A DNA stretch of 64,000 bases from Heptranchias perlo. Lineage: Eukaryota. Below the pieces are notes generated by a model, which saw nothing but the letters and a program-made list of their open reading frames with translations, did no database searches and was not told the DNA's origin. Position 1 is the first letter of the stretch. Each line of letters begins with the position of its first letter. The DNA is taken from positions 13,702,001 through 13,766,000 of the forward strand of contig NC_090366.1 of assembly GCF_035084215.1 (NCBI RefSeq). Reading direction: 5' to 3'. The translations under genes and the position numbers were made by a program. This document shows, in pieces, positions 12,067 to 24,837 of this stretch.

Positions 12067-14204
12067 TCTGAGCGAGAGGTAAAAACATGATCTCTGGGGA
12101 CAACACAGAAGGCGAGAATCGAAACTCCCCTTTACCTTTCTAGAAACCACAGGACTTCACCCCAAAAAAACAAGTTTTAAACTTCTTGACATAATCGAAT
12201 GTAATTTTTTAAAGCTGATGTTATTTCACAAAGTTTGAGTGATAATGGAGCCGAGATCATTCTCACTGGGTTTCATTTTGTCCGTCCTCCTTCAGGAATG
12301 TCTCTCACTGTTGGAGACATCCTTCTCTCCATTGTGATTATAAATATCTTTCAGTATCGTTCGATATTCCACCAGGACATAACGGACAGTCTCAATCCCG
12401 TCGGTGTGTTTCAGTCACTTTTCTTCTTGTCATTTCACTTTCCTGTCTGTGAATGTTGACAGAATGGTCGTTACCAAGTGTAGAGTTCAGGGGAAGCAGG
12501 GGTCGAAGATATTTGGACCAGGGCCGATAGATAGAATTTACTCCCCATTTTACACTCATGCTTTCTTCCGCTTATTATTATAAAATGCTTTGATTTGATA
12601 TTATCATTCATAGTCACACAGCAAAACTTACAGCAATTTAAGAAGTCGGGACATGGAGCAGGTTGGAGCAGGGAATTTCACTGCAGAACAGACTGAGGAT
12701 TTGGGAGACGCAAAACGGAGGGCACACCGCCACCACCGGTGGGAGAGTGTAATTACAGCGTGACGTTTACATAGGCAGTTCCCGTTAGAAATGTGGACGG
12801 AGAAATTTATTGTGGGAAAAGTTGCTTGCAGCTGTACGATTTTTAGTATATCATATACAGATGAAACAGCTTTGATTACAGAATGAACTAATGCTACAAT
12901 AAACAACTATTTTAGCCGTTCTGTCTTTTTCTGAAGCGCATCTTACCTGAAGAGCTGTTGTCCTTTCAGCTGTTGCTGAGATCTGGGCTTTTTATTTTGG
13001 CTACTTCTACATTGAAGATCCTGCAAACTTTAACGTCCACCCATGTTCCTGGCTTGTGGCTCAAGCTTTCATTTTCCAATAGCCACACTTTCCAGAAGCC
13101 TGCGTCAGAACAAGTTGCACCTAACAGGGTGAGCAGGCGAGTCCCTTGGCCTGTTCCCCTCGTGTTTCAGCGGTTAGATGAGGAGGACCAGTTCATGAGA
13201 TCTCCGCAGGTCCAAAGATATCTTGTTGGCTGCATCATCATCATCAACTTGCATTTATATAGCGCCTTTAACGTAGTGAAACATCCCAAGGCACTTCACA
13301 GGAGCGATTATCAGACAGAATTTGACACCGAGCCACATGAGGAGATATTATGCTCTCACCTTTGAGTCAGTCGGTCATGGGTTCAAATCCCACTCCAGAG
13401 ACTTTCGCCCCATAATCCAGGTCGACACTCCCACAAGCCAGTACTGAGGGAGTGCTGCACTGTCGGGGGTGCGGTTTTGCGGATGAAATGTTAAACCGAG
13501 GCCCCTGTCTGCCTTCTCAGATGGAAGTGAAAGATCCCACGGCCACTATTTCGCAGAAGAGCAGGGGGGAGTTCTCCCCGGTGTCCTGGGGCCGATATTT
13601 ATCCCTCAACCAACATCACTAAAAAACACTTGATCTGGTCATTATCAAATTGCTGTTTGTGACAACAGTGACTACACCTCAAAACGTACTTCATTGGCTG
13701 TGCAGCGCTTTGGGACGTCCTGAGGTTGTGAAAGGTGCTATATAAATGCAAGTCTTTCTTTGTGATAACCAATGGAGCCAAGACTGGTTTCCGCACATTG
13801 GCTGTGGAGTTCGAGCAATTGTGGATATTGTGTTGTTCTGATCTGGAATGCGCTGCCTGAAAGGGCGGTGGAAGCAGATTCAATAATAACTTTCAAAAGG
13901 GAAGTGAATAAATTCTTGAAAAGGAAAAATTTGCAGGACTGTGGGGAAAGAGCAGGGGGGGAGTGGGACTAATTGGATAGATCTTTCAAAGAGCCAGCAC
14001 GGGCACGATGGGCCGAATGGCTCATTCTATGATCTGGAAGGAGTAAGTTGAGCTCAGCTGGCCGTAACGGACTATTCAGCGACGGCGGCATCCTCGGTGT
14101 TGGCCTTGAATCTGTGCAACAACTGATCTTTAATGCAGCTGTACAGTTTGATTCTGTGTTTTGAATTCATTATTGATACAGGCACAGGACTGCAGGCTTT
14201 GTTC

Positions 14205-14745
14205 TGGGCTGTGTTCTGTTCTGGGCACCGCACCTCAGGAAGGATATATTGGCCTTGGAGGGGGTGCAGCGCAGATTCACCAGAATGATACCGGGGCTAA
14301 AAGGGTTAAATTCCGAGGACAGGTTTCATAGACTAGGCTTGTATTCCCTCGAGTGTAGAAGATTAAGGGGTGATCTAATCGAGGGGTTTAAGATGATTAA
14401 AGGATTTGATCGGGTCGATAGAGAGAAACTATTTCCTCTGGTGGGGGGAGTCCAGAACAAGGGGGCAGAACCTTAAAATTAGAGCCAGGCCGTTCAGGGG
14501 TGATGTCGGGAAGCACTTCCTCACACAAAGGGGAGTGGGAATCTGGAACTCTCTCCCTCAAAAAGCTGTTGAGGCCGGGGGTCAATTGAAAATTTCAAAA
14601 CTGAGATTGATAGATTTTTGTTGGGTGAGGGGATTCAGGGTTACAGAACCAACGCAGGTAAATGGGGTTAAGAATCAGATCAGCCATGATCTGATTGAAT
14701 GGGTTGGAGGGGCTGAATGGCCTCCTCCTGTTCCTATGTTCCTCG
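14205..14745 (+). mobile_element. CR1 LINE 3' fragment
   Basis: ALEGVQRRFTRMIPG..RGDLIE motifs. Confidence 0.85.
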
Positions 14746-15719
14746 GAGGTTTACTGCAGCCTGAAATGTTTTACCACCAGGAGTGTTTGAGGCATAGACC
14801 CTTGCATCTTTTGAAGGAAAAACTGAGAAAGATTTGAAACAGAGGGAGGTATGGGACTATGGGAGGAGAGAAGGGCTAGACGGAATAGTTTGGGACTGAT
14901 TTCTGCAAAGAGCCAGCAGAGACACGATGGGCCGAATGGCCGCCTTCTGTGCAGTAAACTTCGACAGTTTGAAGGGGTCTTTTATTCATAGCAATATCAA
15001 CACAGTTCTTGTCTTGTTTGTTTTTCCTAAAAGAAGATTTGAGGAACCAGGCCCTGTTATTGTCTGTGTGCATCTTTTGCTCATCAAGTTCAGGGAAGTT
15101 GCTGCTCACCAAATCTATTTTGGGCACCCAGTTTCGACACTAAAAACTCGTGCTGCACTGACAGATGACACATTAAACCGAGGCCCCCGTCTGCCCTCGC
15201 AGGTGGCGAGGATAAGATCCCACTGCCGCTATTTCGATGAAGAGCAGGGGGGAGTTCTCCCCGCTGTCCTGGGGCCGATATTTATCCCTCGACCAACATC
15301 ACTAAAAAAAACAGGTGATCTGGTCATTATGACAGTGCGGTTTGTGGGATCTTGCTGTGCGCAAAATGGCTGTCAGGTTTCCGACATTACGACAGTGACA
15401 ACACTTCAAAATAAGTATTTGATTGTCTGTAAAGAGCTTTGGGACGTCCTGAGGTTGTCAAAGGCGCGATAGAAATGAGAGTTCTTTCATTCTTTGGAAA
15501 GGAGATCCCGGGCAGAGAAGAGAATAATGTTTTGGGGTCTCAATAAAAGGACTTTATTTGCAGTGACAGCTTCTCTCACTCCTGGTGCAGAAGGTATTCG
15601 ATTCAAGGCCCATCCCTGGACCAGGTGTGCCCAACATTTCGATCGTTAAACAAAGATATTGCATTTACAAAGTGTCTCTCACTACCTCAGGACGTCCCAA
15701 AGCGTTTTACAAACAATTG

Positions 15720-16650
15720 ATTACTCGGTTTAACGTCTCATCCAAAAGACAGCACCTCCGACAGTGCAGCACTCCCTCAGTACTGACCCTCCGACAGTGC
15801 AGCGCTCCCTCAATACTGACCCTCCGACAGTGCAGCGCTCCCTCAGTACTGACCCTCCGACAGTGCAGCGCTCCCTCAGTACTGACACTCCGACAGTGCG
15901 GCGCTCCCTCAGTACTGACCCTCCGACAGTGCAGCGCTCCCTCAGTACTGACCCTCCGACAGTGCAGCGCTCCCACAGTACTGACCCTCCGACAGTGCAG
16001 CGCTCCCACAGTACTGACCCTCCGACAGTGCAGCGCTCCCTCAGTACCGACCCTCCGACAGTGCAGCACTCCCTCAGTACTAAGCCTCCGACAGTGCAGC
16101 ACTCCCTCAGTACCGAGCCTCCGACAGTGCAGCACTCCCTCAGTACTAAGCCTCCGACAGTGCAGCACTCCCTCAGTACTGACCCTCCGACAGTGCAGCA
16201 CTCCCTCAGTACTGAGCCTCCGACAGTGCAGCACTCCCTCAGTACCGACCCTCCGACAGTGCAGCACTCCCTCAGTACTAAGCCTCCGACAGTGCAGCAC
16301 TCCCTCAGTACCGACCCTCCGACAGTGCAGCACTCCCTCAGTACTGAGCCTCCGACAGTGCAGCACTCCCTCAGTACCGACCCTCCGACAGTGCAGCACT
16401 CCCTCAGTACCGAGCCTCCGACAGTGCAGCACTCCCTCAGTACTAAGCCTCCGACAGTGCAGCACTCCCTCAGTACTGACCCTCCCACAGTGCAGCGCTC
16501 CCTCAGTCCTGACCCTCCGACAGTGCAGCACTCCCTCAGTACTGGCACTGGGAGAGTGTCGGCCTGGATTATTTGGCTCTCTGGAGTGGGGACTTGAACC
16601 CATGACCTTCTGACTCGGGGGCGAGAGTGTTACCACTGGGTCACGGCTGA
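15720..16650 (-). mobile_element. tRNA-derived Deu-domain SINE (SacSINE1-like) with an expanded internal 33-bp minisatellite
   Basis: tRNA-like head (GGTTCAAGTCCC) at ~16590-16650, about 24 copies of AGTACTGAGGGAGCGCTGCACTGTCGGAGGGTC, then the GAGACGTTAAACCGAG core. Confidence 0.8.
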
Positions 16651-16689
16651 CTAGATTAAAACTCAATTTCAACAGCTGCCCAGCTTTGG

Positions 16690-16932
16690 GCAGAACTAAC
16701 GTCACAGTGCAAGGACGCAAAGGGTTAACAGTTTGCTTACAACGCAAGACAAAGGTCCTTCATTTGTGCAAAGTTTTATTTTCTCACTTGTTCCCTGCTT
16801 CCTCATGTGACTCACAGTGACAGACCAACCATTTCTTATTAAATACACAGTCACAACTCAGCAAAAGGCCATTCAGCCCAAGCAGTGCGTGCTGGCATTT
16901 ACTCTCCACACGAGCAGTCGGACAGGTCCTGG
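16690..16932 (+). promoter_or_regulatory. Paralogous promoter/first non-coding exon (copy of 23260-23488)
   Basis: High similarity to 23260-23660. ETS-like CTTCCTC sits next to an AP-1 TGACTCA; GG|GTAAGT donor at 16933. Confidence 0.55.
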
Positions 16933-17109
16933 GTAAGTAAAGCAACGATTGTAATTAACTTCCACGACCAATGTCGCTCTTTGTTGGTGTCGCGACTTTG
17001 TAAAGAGAGATTTACGCTGTCTAAAGATCTCTACTTTTTATTGAGATGGGGGTGTCGAGCTGAAGTTTGTCGTAGATGACATCTTTCCAGTTCAAGGACT
17101 AGGGAAATC

Positions 17110-17745
17110 CATGGATTTGAGTCCATAATCCAGGGCAACACTCCCAGAGTCAGTACTGAGGGAGCGCCGCACTGTCGGAGGGTCAGTATTGAGGGAGCGC
17201 CGCACTGTCGGAGGGTCAGTACTGAGGGAGCGCTGCACTGTCGGAGGGTCAGTACTGAGGGAGTGCCGCACTGTCAGAGGGTCAGTACTGATGGAGCGCT
17301 GCACTGTCGGAGGGTCAGTACTGAGGGAGTGTTGCACTGTCGGAGGGTCAGTACTGAGGGAGCGCTGCACTGTCGGAGGGTCAGTACTGAGGGAGTGTTG
17401 CACTGTCGGAGGGTCAGTACTGAGGGAGCGCTGCACTGTTGGAGGGTCAGTATTGAGGGAGCGCTGCACTGTCGGAGGGTCAGTACTGAGGGAGCGCTGC
17501 ACTGTCGGAGGGTCAGGACTGAGGGAGCGCTGCACTGTCGGAGGGTCAGTACTGAGGGAGCGCTGCACTGTCGGAGGGTCAGTACTGAGGGAGCGCTGCA
17601 CTGTCGGAGGGTCAGTACTGAGGGAGCGCCGCACTGTCGGAGGGTCAGCACTGAGGGAGCGCTGCACTGTCGGAGGGTCAGCACTGAGGGAGCGCTGCAC
17701 TATTGGAGGTGCCGTCTTTCAGATGAGAGGTTAAACCGAGGCTCC
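17110..17745 (+). repeat. SINE-internal 33-bp minisatellite array
   Basis: About 17 tandem units, flanked by SINE head and core sequence. Confidence 0.85.
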
Positions 17746-17899
17746 ACCCATTATTCAGGCCCAGGATTCTTTGGGTTCATCTCTGATAGAAACAGTCTCC
17801 ATCTCTCCTGAGGAATCGGCAATGTTTGATTCCCAGGGGAAAGGCACCAGGATTGGGCCTTGGGTTGGGGAATAGAAAATTAACCCGGGTTCCTACTCC

Positions 17900-18830
17900 T
17901 GAGCCCAGCTGGAGACACTGCGTTCAGTTCTGGGCAACGCACCTCAGGAAGGGTATGTTGGCCCTGGAGGGGGTGCAGTGCAGATTCACCAGAATGATAC
18001 CGGGACTTAGAGGGTTAAATTACGAGGAGAGGTTGTGTAAACTTTGTGCGTCCTGGAAAACCACATGTGCAGGAAGTGCCGCCAACTGCTCGAGCTCGAG
18101 CTCAGAGTTTCTGAGATTGAGGGGCGGCTGGTGTCAGTACAGCGAACATGGGAAGTGTTTCATGGATAGCACGTTTCAGGAGGTGGTCACCCCGCTGCTG
18201 CAGAGAGTTCAGGCGGAGAGGGAGCGGGTGAGCACCAGATAGACTAAGAGGAACAGGCAGGCAGTGCAGGAGTCCCCTGGGAGCGTGACACTCACAAACC
18301 AGAATTCAGTGTTGAATAACAATGAGGGAGATGACACCTCGGGGCAGTGCAACCAGGAGCAAATCCACGGCACCGTGGGAGACTCGGCTGCACAGGGGGG
18401 CAGAAATGGAATTGTTATTGGGGATTCGATCGTCAGGGGACATGGCTTGTATTCTCTTGAGTATAGAAGACTGCGAGATGATCTAATCAAGGTGTTTCAA
18501 ATGCCATTGGTTTTGATGGGGTCGATAGAGAGAAACTATTTCCTCTGGTGGGGGGAGTCCAGAACAAGGGGGCAGAACCTTAAAATTAGAGCCAGGCCGT
18601 TCAGGGGTGATGTCGGGAAGCACTTCTTCACACAAAGGGGAGTGGGAATCTGGAACTCTCTCCCCCAAAAGTTTGTGGATGCTCGGGGTCAATTGAAATT
18701 CTCAAGACTGAGCTCGATAGATTTTTGTTGGGTGAGGGTATGTGGAGTTGAGGTGCAGATCAAGCCGTGATCTGATTGAATGGCGGAGCAGGCCCGATGG
18801 GCTGAATGGCCTCCTCCTGCTTCTGTGTTT
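17900..18830 (+). mobile_element. Chimeric CR1: ORF2 3' end interrupted by an ORF1 (esterase) fragment
   Basis: EERLCKL is followed by ~390 bp ending in IVIGDSIVRG, then GLYSLEYRRLR resumes. Confidence 0.65.
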
Positions 18831-19540
18831 CATGTCCCTTGGTCGTGGGACAAGGGAAAGTGCTGATCTTTCATCTCACCACAGTCAACACAAAGCAAGG
18901 TTTCCAGACAGGATGTCGTCTGTCACAGCACAAGACCAGGGACAGTGCAGGAAAAAGCCGTGAGTTTGGTGTCTCACCTCAGAGGATGGGAGGTCGCACT
19001 GGGCGGAGATGAACCTTTGAGCCTCGAAAGCAAATGACATGTGGAGAGAGAGAGAGAGGGAGACAGATAGAGAGAAAGAACCAACTAACTTGTATTTCTG
19101 TCGCGCTTTCACCAACTCAGGATGTCCCAAGGTGCTTTACAGCCGATGAAGAACTTTCTTGAAGTGTAGTCACTGTTGTAATGTCGGAAACGTGGGAGTA
19201 CTGTCAGTACTGAGGGAGTGCTGCACTGTCGGAGGTACCGTCTTTTGGATCAGAAGTTAAACCGAGGCCCCATCTGCCCCTCTCAGTGGGACGTGAAAAA
19301 TCCCACAGGCCACTATTTCGAAGAAAAGCATGGGGAGTCTCACGCCTGGATTATGGAGATCAAGTCTCTGGAGTGGGGACTCGATCCCATGACCTCCTGG
19401 CTCAGAGGCGAGAGAGAGAGCTCCCCTCTGAGACACAGCTGACACTAGTTAGTCTCTGCAACCTCATAATTTAACCCTTATAGTCCCGGTAAAGGTGGTA
19501 AATGGTCTAACGATATCTCGTGCTTCCAATTTCTTTGTAG

Positions 19541-19789
19541 GAGGCCCAGAACACAGAGGTTGTTAACCCCTGGAACACCAGCAGTGACGAAACAAACGAG
19601 GCGGAGACACCAGGTGCCCAGAACCTCCCTGAAGGTCCTGCAGGAGGAGATGCCGGACAGGAACAGCCCAGGGACCAGGAGGACCTTCTCTACGCCAACA
19701 TCAACTTCCTCAAGCTGCCCAGCGGTGACGGGACTGTTCACAAGGCGGAGGGCACAGAATACGCACACATCAAATTCCAGTCAAACTGA
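19541..19789 (+). pseudogene. Orphan duplicate of the Siglec terminal ITIM/ITSM exon (internally deleted paralog, or alternative last exon of gene 1)
   Basis: Acceptor tttgtag; reads EAQNTE...DLLYANINF...GTEYAHIKFQSN*. It differs from 38198-38446 at only two visible positions. Confidence 0.75.
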
Positions 19790-22700
19790 GCGTGAAACGG
19801 GTCGAGGGGGAGGAGGGAGGGGGCTGAGATTCCTGGTAACACCAGACAACCTGCTGGGGGGAGACGGGGGGGAGGTGAGAGTGACTGAAAGGGTTTTGCG
19901 CTTTGCCTGATTTCGATGAAATGCTTGATCAGGGATAACTTGATGCTCAAACTGGGGGCGGGAGATGCAAATGTTTGTCTCTCTCAGCACAAACTTCATG
20001 CAATAATGAAATGTGACTGGTGGAGGAGGTGATAGGAGCTCCCTGCGTAGAATCAGGGAATTCCATAGCGCAGGAAGTGGCCATTTGGCCCATCGAGTCT
20101 GAAGGAGCTCTCCCCTCAGTCCCATTCCTGCACCCTTTCCCCATTCGGCCCATTGCCCCTGTGCCCTCTCTCCGAAAGAGCTCTGCTCTTCAATCCCAGG
20201 TTTTGATCTCTCTCCGTGAATTACTTCAGTCCTGAATGCACTGATTCCCATCGCTCCACCATTGGCGGCCATGACTTCAGCTGCCTGGGCCCTAAGCTCT
20301 GGAATTCCCTCCCTAAACCTCTCCGCCTCTCTCTCTGCTCCTTTAAGACGCTCCTTAAAACCTACCTCTTTGACCAAGCTTTTGGTCACCTGTCCTAATA
20401 CCTCCTTATGTGGCTCGGTGTCAAATTTTGTGAAGCGCCTTGGGATGTTTTACTACGTTAAAGGCACTATATAAATGCAAGTTGTTGTTGTTGTAACTTT
20501 GATTGACACGGAGTCATAACGGAACCAAGGGGTGTCTTGCCACGGGGCGGAGCATGCTGGCAATAAATGCGTTGCATGCCAACAAATAAGCATGCCCTTT
20601 GAACCTGGTGCACCCCAGCCCTGCTGTGTGACCACATCAGAACCGAGGCACTGCCTTACGGCGTGCAGCCAACACGGTTGAATAGTGATGAAGAGAAATG
20701 TGGTGCCACTCAACTTTGATGTCAGGTCTGAACCTCCTTTATGATTATTATGCTGTGAAAGATTGCAAGAAGCATAGGGGTAATGTGTAATATTATATTT
20801 ATTAACACAATGAAATAAAATGCCAAGACTTCATGTACAGTTATATCTTTATTAAACATCTTACATCTGTACACAATTTGTGTCTCCAAAACATTAGAAC
20901 CTGTGTTGCCTTTTGCCCCCCCCATGGTATAAATTCGTAGGTCCACATTTATAATGGAAACTTTCTATGTAAACGTGTCACGCTGTAATTATTACCTCCG
21001 GCCGGTGGTGGTGCTGTTGTGTCACGGTTTTTGCATCTCAGAGTCCAGAGGAAATCGTCCCGCTGTGCTTACGATATTATTGACACGCAGGGACTGGGGG
21101 AATCTTCCTGCTGTGTTTACGATGTTGTTAAGACAGAGGACTGGGGAAATTTTAACCCCTTCCCCCCACAACTTGAGGGCAGGACCAGGCAAACTCACTG
21201 GGCCTACGCATGAAGAACAGGCACACAGGCCAACTATTGGAGGGCAGCCTCGTGTCCCTGGAACAGAAAACCCAGCGTGGATCACGGGGGAGAACGGGAG
21301 AACAGTGGGGAAAAATATCCTCCTTCCTCCCAACCCCCATCGCTGTTCCCACCGAGAGCAAACATCAGTTTTGAGTCCGAGGCGAGAGTGCGACCAACTG
21401 AGCCAAGCTGACACCGATACCAGGAGCAAATTACATGCTTACCAAGTACAGTGTAGTAACATGCAGACAGACAGTCTCTCCGTTAACACAGCTACTGCTG
21501 GAGAAACAAGCAAGACATTTCGAAGCTGGCACTCAAAGTGGCTTTACACATGATTTATTCACAACCGTGTTCTTGGAATTAAGATTGCACTCTCTCCGGC
21601 CTGTTTCTCTCTTTCCCTTCCTCTTTCCCTGTCTCATTCACCCTCTCCCTTCTCCTCTCATGCCCTCCCTCTCATCCTCCCTCTCTCCCCCTCTTTCACC
21701 AGTGTCTCACATTCCCCCTTTCCTCTGGTCTCCTGAGACTGTGACAGTGAACATTACTTCGAGTGAGTGGGTGTGAGTGGAGGAAAGTGAGAGAAGGACA
21801 GTGAGTGTGTAAATTAGTGTGAGTGAGAGAGATTAAGGATAATGAGAGTGAGTGGGTGTGAGTGCAGGAAAGTGAGAGAAGGATTGTGAGTGTGTGAATC
21901 AGAGTGTGAGAGAGAGGTTAAGGATAATGAGAGTGAGTTGGTGAGTGTGTGAATCAGAGTGTGTGAGAGAGGTTAAGGATAATGAGAGTGAGTTGGGAAG
22001 TGTGAGAGAAGGATAGTGAGTGTGTGAATCAGAATGTGAGAGAGAGGTTAAGGATAATGAGAGTGAGTTGGTGGGTGTGACAGTGTGAGAGAAGGATAGT
22101 GAGTGTGAATGAATGGGTGTGTCACAGTGCAAGAAGGATAGTGAGTGTGTGAATCAGAGTGTGTGCTGAGGGTAAGTAAGAGGGTACTGAGTGTGTGAAT
22201 GAGATTGTGTGAATGAGAAAGACAAAGGATAGTGAGAGCGTGTACTTGTGAGTGAGAGTGTCTGTGCACAATCCGTGCTCCAGATCGCTCCGTTTTGTGT
22301 GTCAATGTCTGAATTTCCCAGGGAGTCCGGAGTGTCTGGGCTCCATCTGCTCCTTCAGGTGGGGAGAGAGTGAATCCACAGAAGGGCCTCTCCACTCTCA
22401 ACTAAGCATTGATTCGAAACTCAAAAGAAGAGAAAGAACTTGCATTTCTATCGCGCCTTTCACCACCTCAGGACGTCCCAAAGCGCTTTACAGACAATGA
22501 AATACTTTTTTTGAAGTGTGATCACTGTTGTAATGTAGGAATCGCGGCAGCCGATTTGTGCACAGCAAGATCCCACAAACAGCATTGTGACAAATGACCA
22601 GATCATCAGTTTTTTTTAGTGATGTTGGTTGAGGGATAAATATCGGCCCCAGGACACCGGGGGGAGAACTCCCCCCTGCTCTTCTTCAAAATAGTAGCCA

Positions 22701-23259
22701 TGGGATCTTTTACGTCCACCTGAGAAGGACAGACGGGGCCTCGGTTTAACGTCTCATAAAAAGATGGCACATCCGACAGTGCAGTAATCCCTTGGCACTG
22801 GGAGTGTTGGCCTGGACTATGGGGCTCGAGTCTCTGGAGTGGGGGCTCGAACCCTTTAGCTTCTGACTCTGATGCGAGAGTGGGACCCACTAAGCCACGG
22901 CAGACTAGACTGAAACTCCATTTCCCAGGGCATAGTCTCAGGATAAGGGGTCGGCCATTTAAGACTCAGATGAGGAGGAATTTCTTCACTCAGGGGGTTG
23001 CGAATCTTTGGAATTCTCTACCCCAGAGGGCTGTGGATGCTCAGTCATTGAATATATTCAAGGCTGAGATTTTTGGACTCGAGGGGAATCAAGGGATACG
23101 GGGATCGGGCGGGAAAGTGGAGTTGAGGTCGAAGATCAGCCATGATCTGATTGAATGGCGGAGCAGGCTCGAGGGGTCGAATAGCTCTCTCCTGCTCCTA
23201 TTTCTGATGTTCTTATGTTCTTATTTCAAAGGTTCCCCAACTTTACACTGGATAGCGTC

Positions 23260-23488
23260 ACAGGGTCAAGTCACTAAGGGGAAACGTTTTTTTTACGCAA
23301 GACAACGGTCCTTCATTTGTGCAAAGCGGGATTTTCTCACTGCTTCCCCGCTTCCTCATTTGACTCACAGCGACAGACCAACCATTTCTAATGAAATACA
23401 CAGAGGTCACAACACAGCAAAAGGCCATTCAGCCCAAGCAGTGCGTGCTGGCATTTACTCTCCACACGAGCAGTCGGACAGCTCCTGG
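23260..23488 (+). promoter_or_regulatory. Putative promoter and 5'UTR exon of the MAG-like Siglec (gene 3)
   Basis: CTTCCTC..TGACTCA motifs, a strong GG|GTAAGT donor at 23489, position upstream of the signal-peptide exon, and conservation in the 16690 paralog. Confidence 0.5.
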
Positions 23489-23733
23489 GTAAGTAAAGCA
23501 ACAATTGTAATTAACTTCCACGACCAATGTCGCTCTTTGTTGGTGTCGTGACTTTGTAAAGAGAGATTTATGCTGTCGAAAGATCTCTACTTTTCATTGA
23601 GATCTGGGTGCAGTCTGTCGTACAGGATATGTTTCAATTCAAGGACGAGGGAAATCCTGAGACTTAAGCAAACAAACCAGCCCGACACTCCCCAGTGCCA
23701 GTAATGAGGGAGCGCTGCACTGTCGGAGGTGCC

Positions 23734-24837
23734 TGTAAGGGGTTTCTTTTTTTACTGTTTCTCGGGCTTATAATAGGTCAGCCAGTTATGTTTTCCTGAG
23801 CTGCCCTGCCCGCAGTGCGGTTGCGAATCGCTTACCCCTTCCTGATTCTGAGCTGAGGACTTATCGAGTGGTAACAAAGACAGACAAACAGACCAGTGGA
23901 TTGGTACAAGGAAAACCAATGTTTATTAATAAGAAAACTAAAACTACAAGGTAAACAGTATAATACAGAAGATAAAGAAATCGCTATGGATGTAATACAG
24001 TCTTACACTTATCGGGTTGAAAGAAACGGACACATCGAGGGAAAATTCTAAAATCACAAGTTTAGCAATATCCCCTTTAACCCCCACCCTTACACTTATG
24101 CTAGGCTGTCTTGTGGCGGCCAGAAAATTAATGCTCACCGATGAAAACAGATGAAAAGGCCTGGCCCCTGTGCCTGCTGCTGCCGTCGACATGTGGTTGT
24201 GAGGTTTACTGGATGGCCTTCCTTCTTAGTTGCTAGCAGACAGACAGGATGGGGCCAAGAGGCGAAGAGAGATACTGGGCAGCCCCAGTTATACCCTCTT
24301 GGTAACAGGTTTTTTTCATACCTCATCAGCTTGCTTCATTGTTTGATTTAAGCACGAAACGTAAGACAAAGGACCCCATCTCTGGCCCATTTACATTAAT
24401 GGCCAATTCCTGTATTTCTGAGTTCCATAACTGCTTTAAGACAAAGGACCCCATCTCTGGCCCGTTTACATTAATGGCCATTTCCTGTATCGATCTGTTC
24501 GCTAACTGCTTTACCATTGTTCCGAATGTACCTTGATGGTTCACCTTTTGTCCTGCGATCACTTCCTGCTCGAATTTTGATGTGTTGGCCGGCCATGTTG
24601 ATAGCTTGCCTCAGGGCAAGAATGCAGCTGCATTGTTTAAACAAATCTGTCTGAAACACGAAGCCTGCCGAGTTGTTGAGAATGCAATTTCAAATCTGCC
24701 GGTCCTCGGCCATGTGTCTGACTGCAGCCATTTTGAGAGACCTTGGATTTTTTAAAACAGTCACACCAGGGTTACTTTAATAACTCCAATAAATCTTCGG
24801 GGTGGGGGGAACATGTGAAATTTTGCGAATCCCTTCA
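23734..24837 (-). mobile_element. Solo LTR (~1.1 kb) inserted in a SINE
   Basis: TGTAAGGG...CCCTTCA termini with a 5-bp target-site duplication GTGCC (23729-33 and 24838-42) that splits the SINE motif GGAGGTGCCGTCTTTCGG. TATA-like (~24290) and AATAAA (~23922) signals lie on the minus strand; internal direct repeat at 24362/24437. Confidence 0.85.

Noticed and set aside
12947-13021. Possible minus-strand exon (tttgcag acceptor, cag/gtaaga donor)
   Set aside because: No recognisable protein and no convincing partner exons. It could be a lncRNA exon, but that cannot be supported without RNA data.
15585-16747. Long ORFs with 11-aa repeats (also at 17092-17811, 29064-29518, 43126-43834, 57203-57754 and 62766-63957)
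   Set aside because: These are translations of the stop-free 33-bp SINE minisatellite, open in several frames on both strands, with no sign of protein-coding function.
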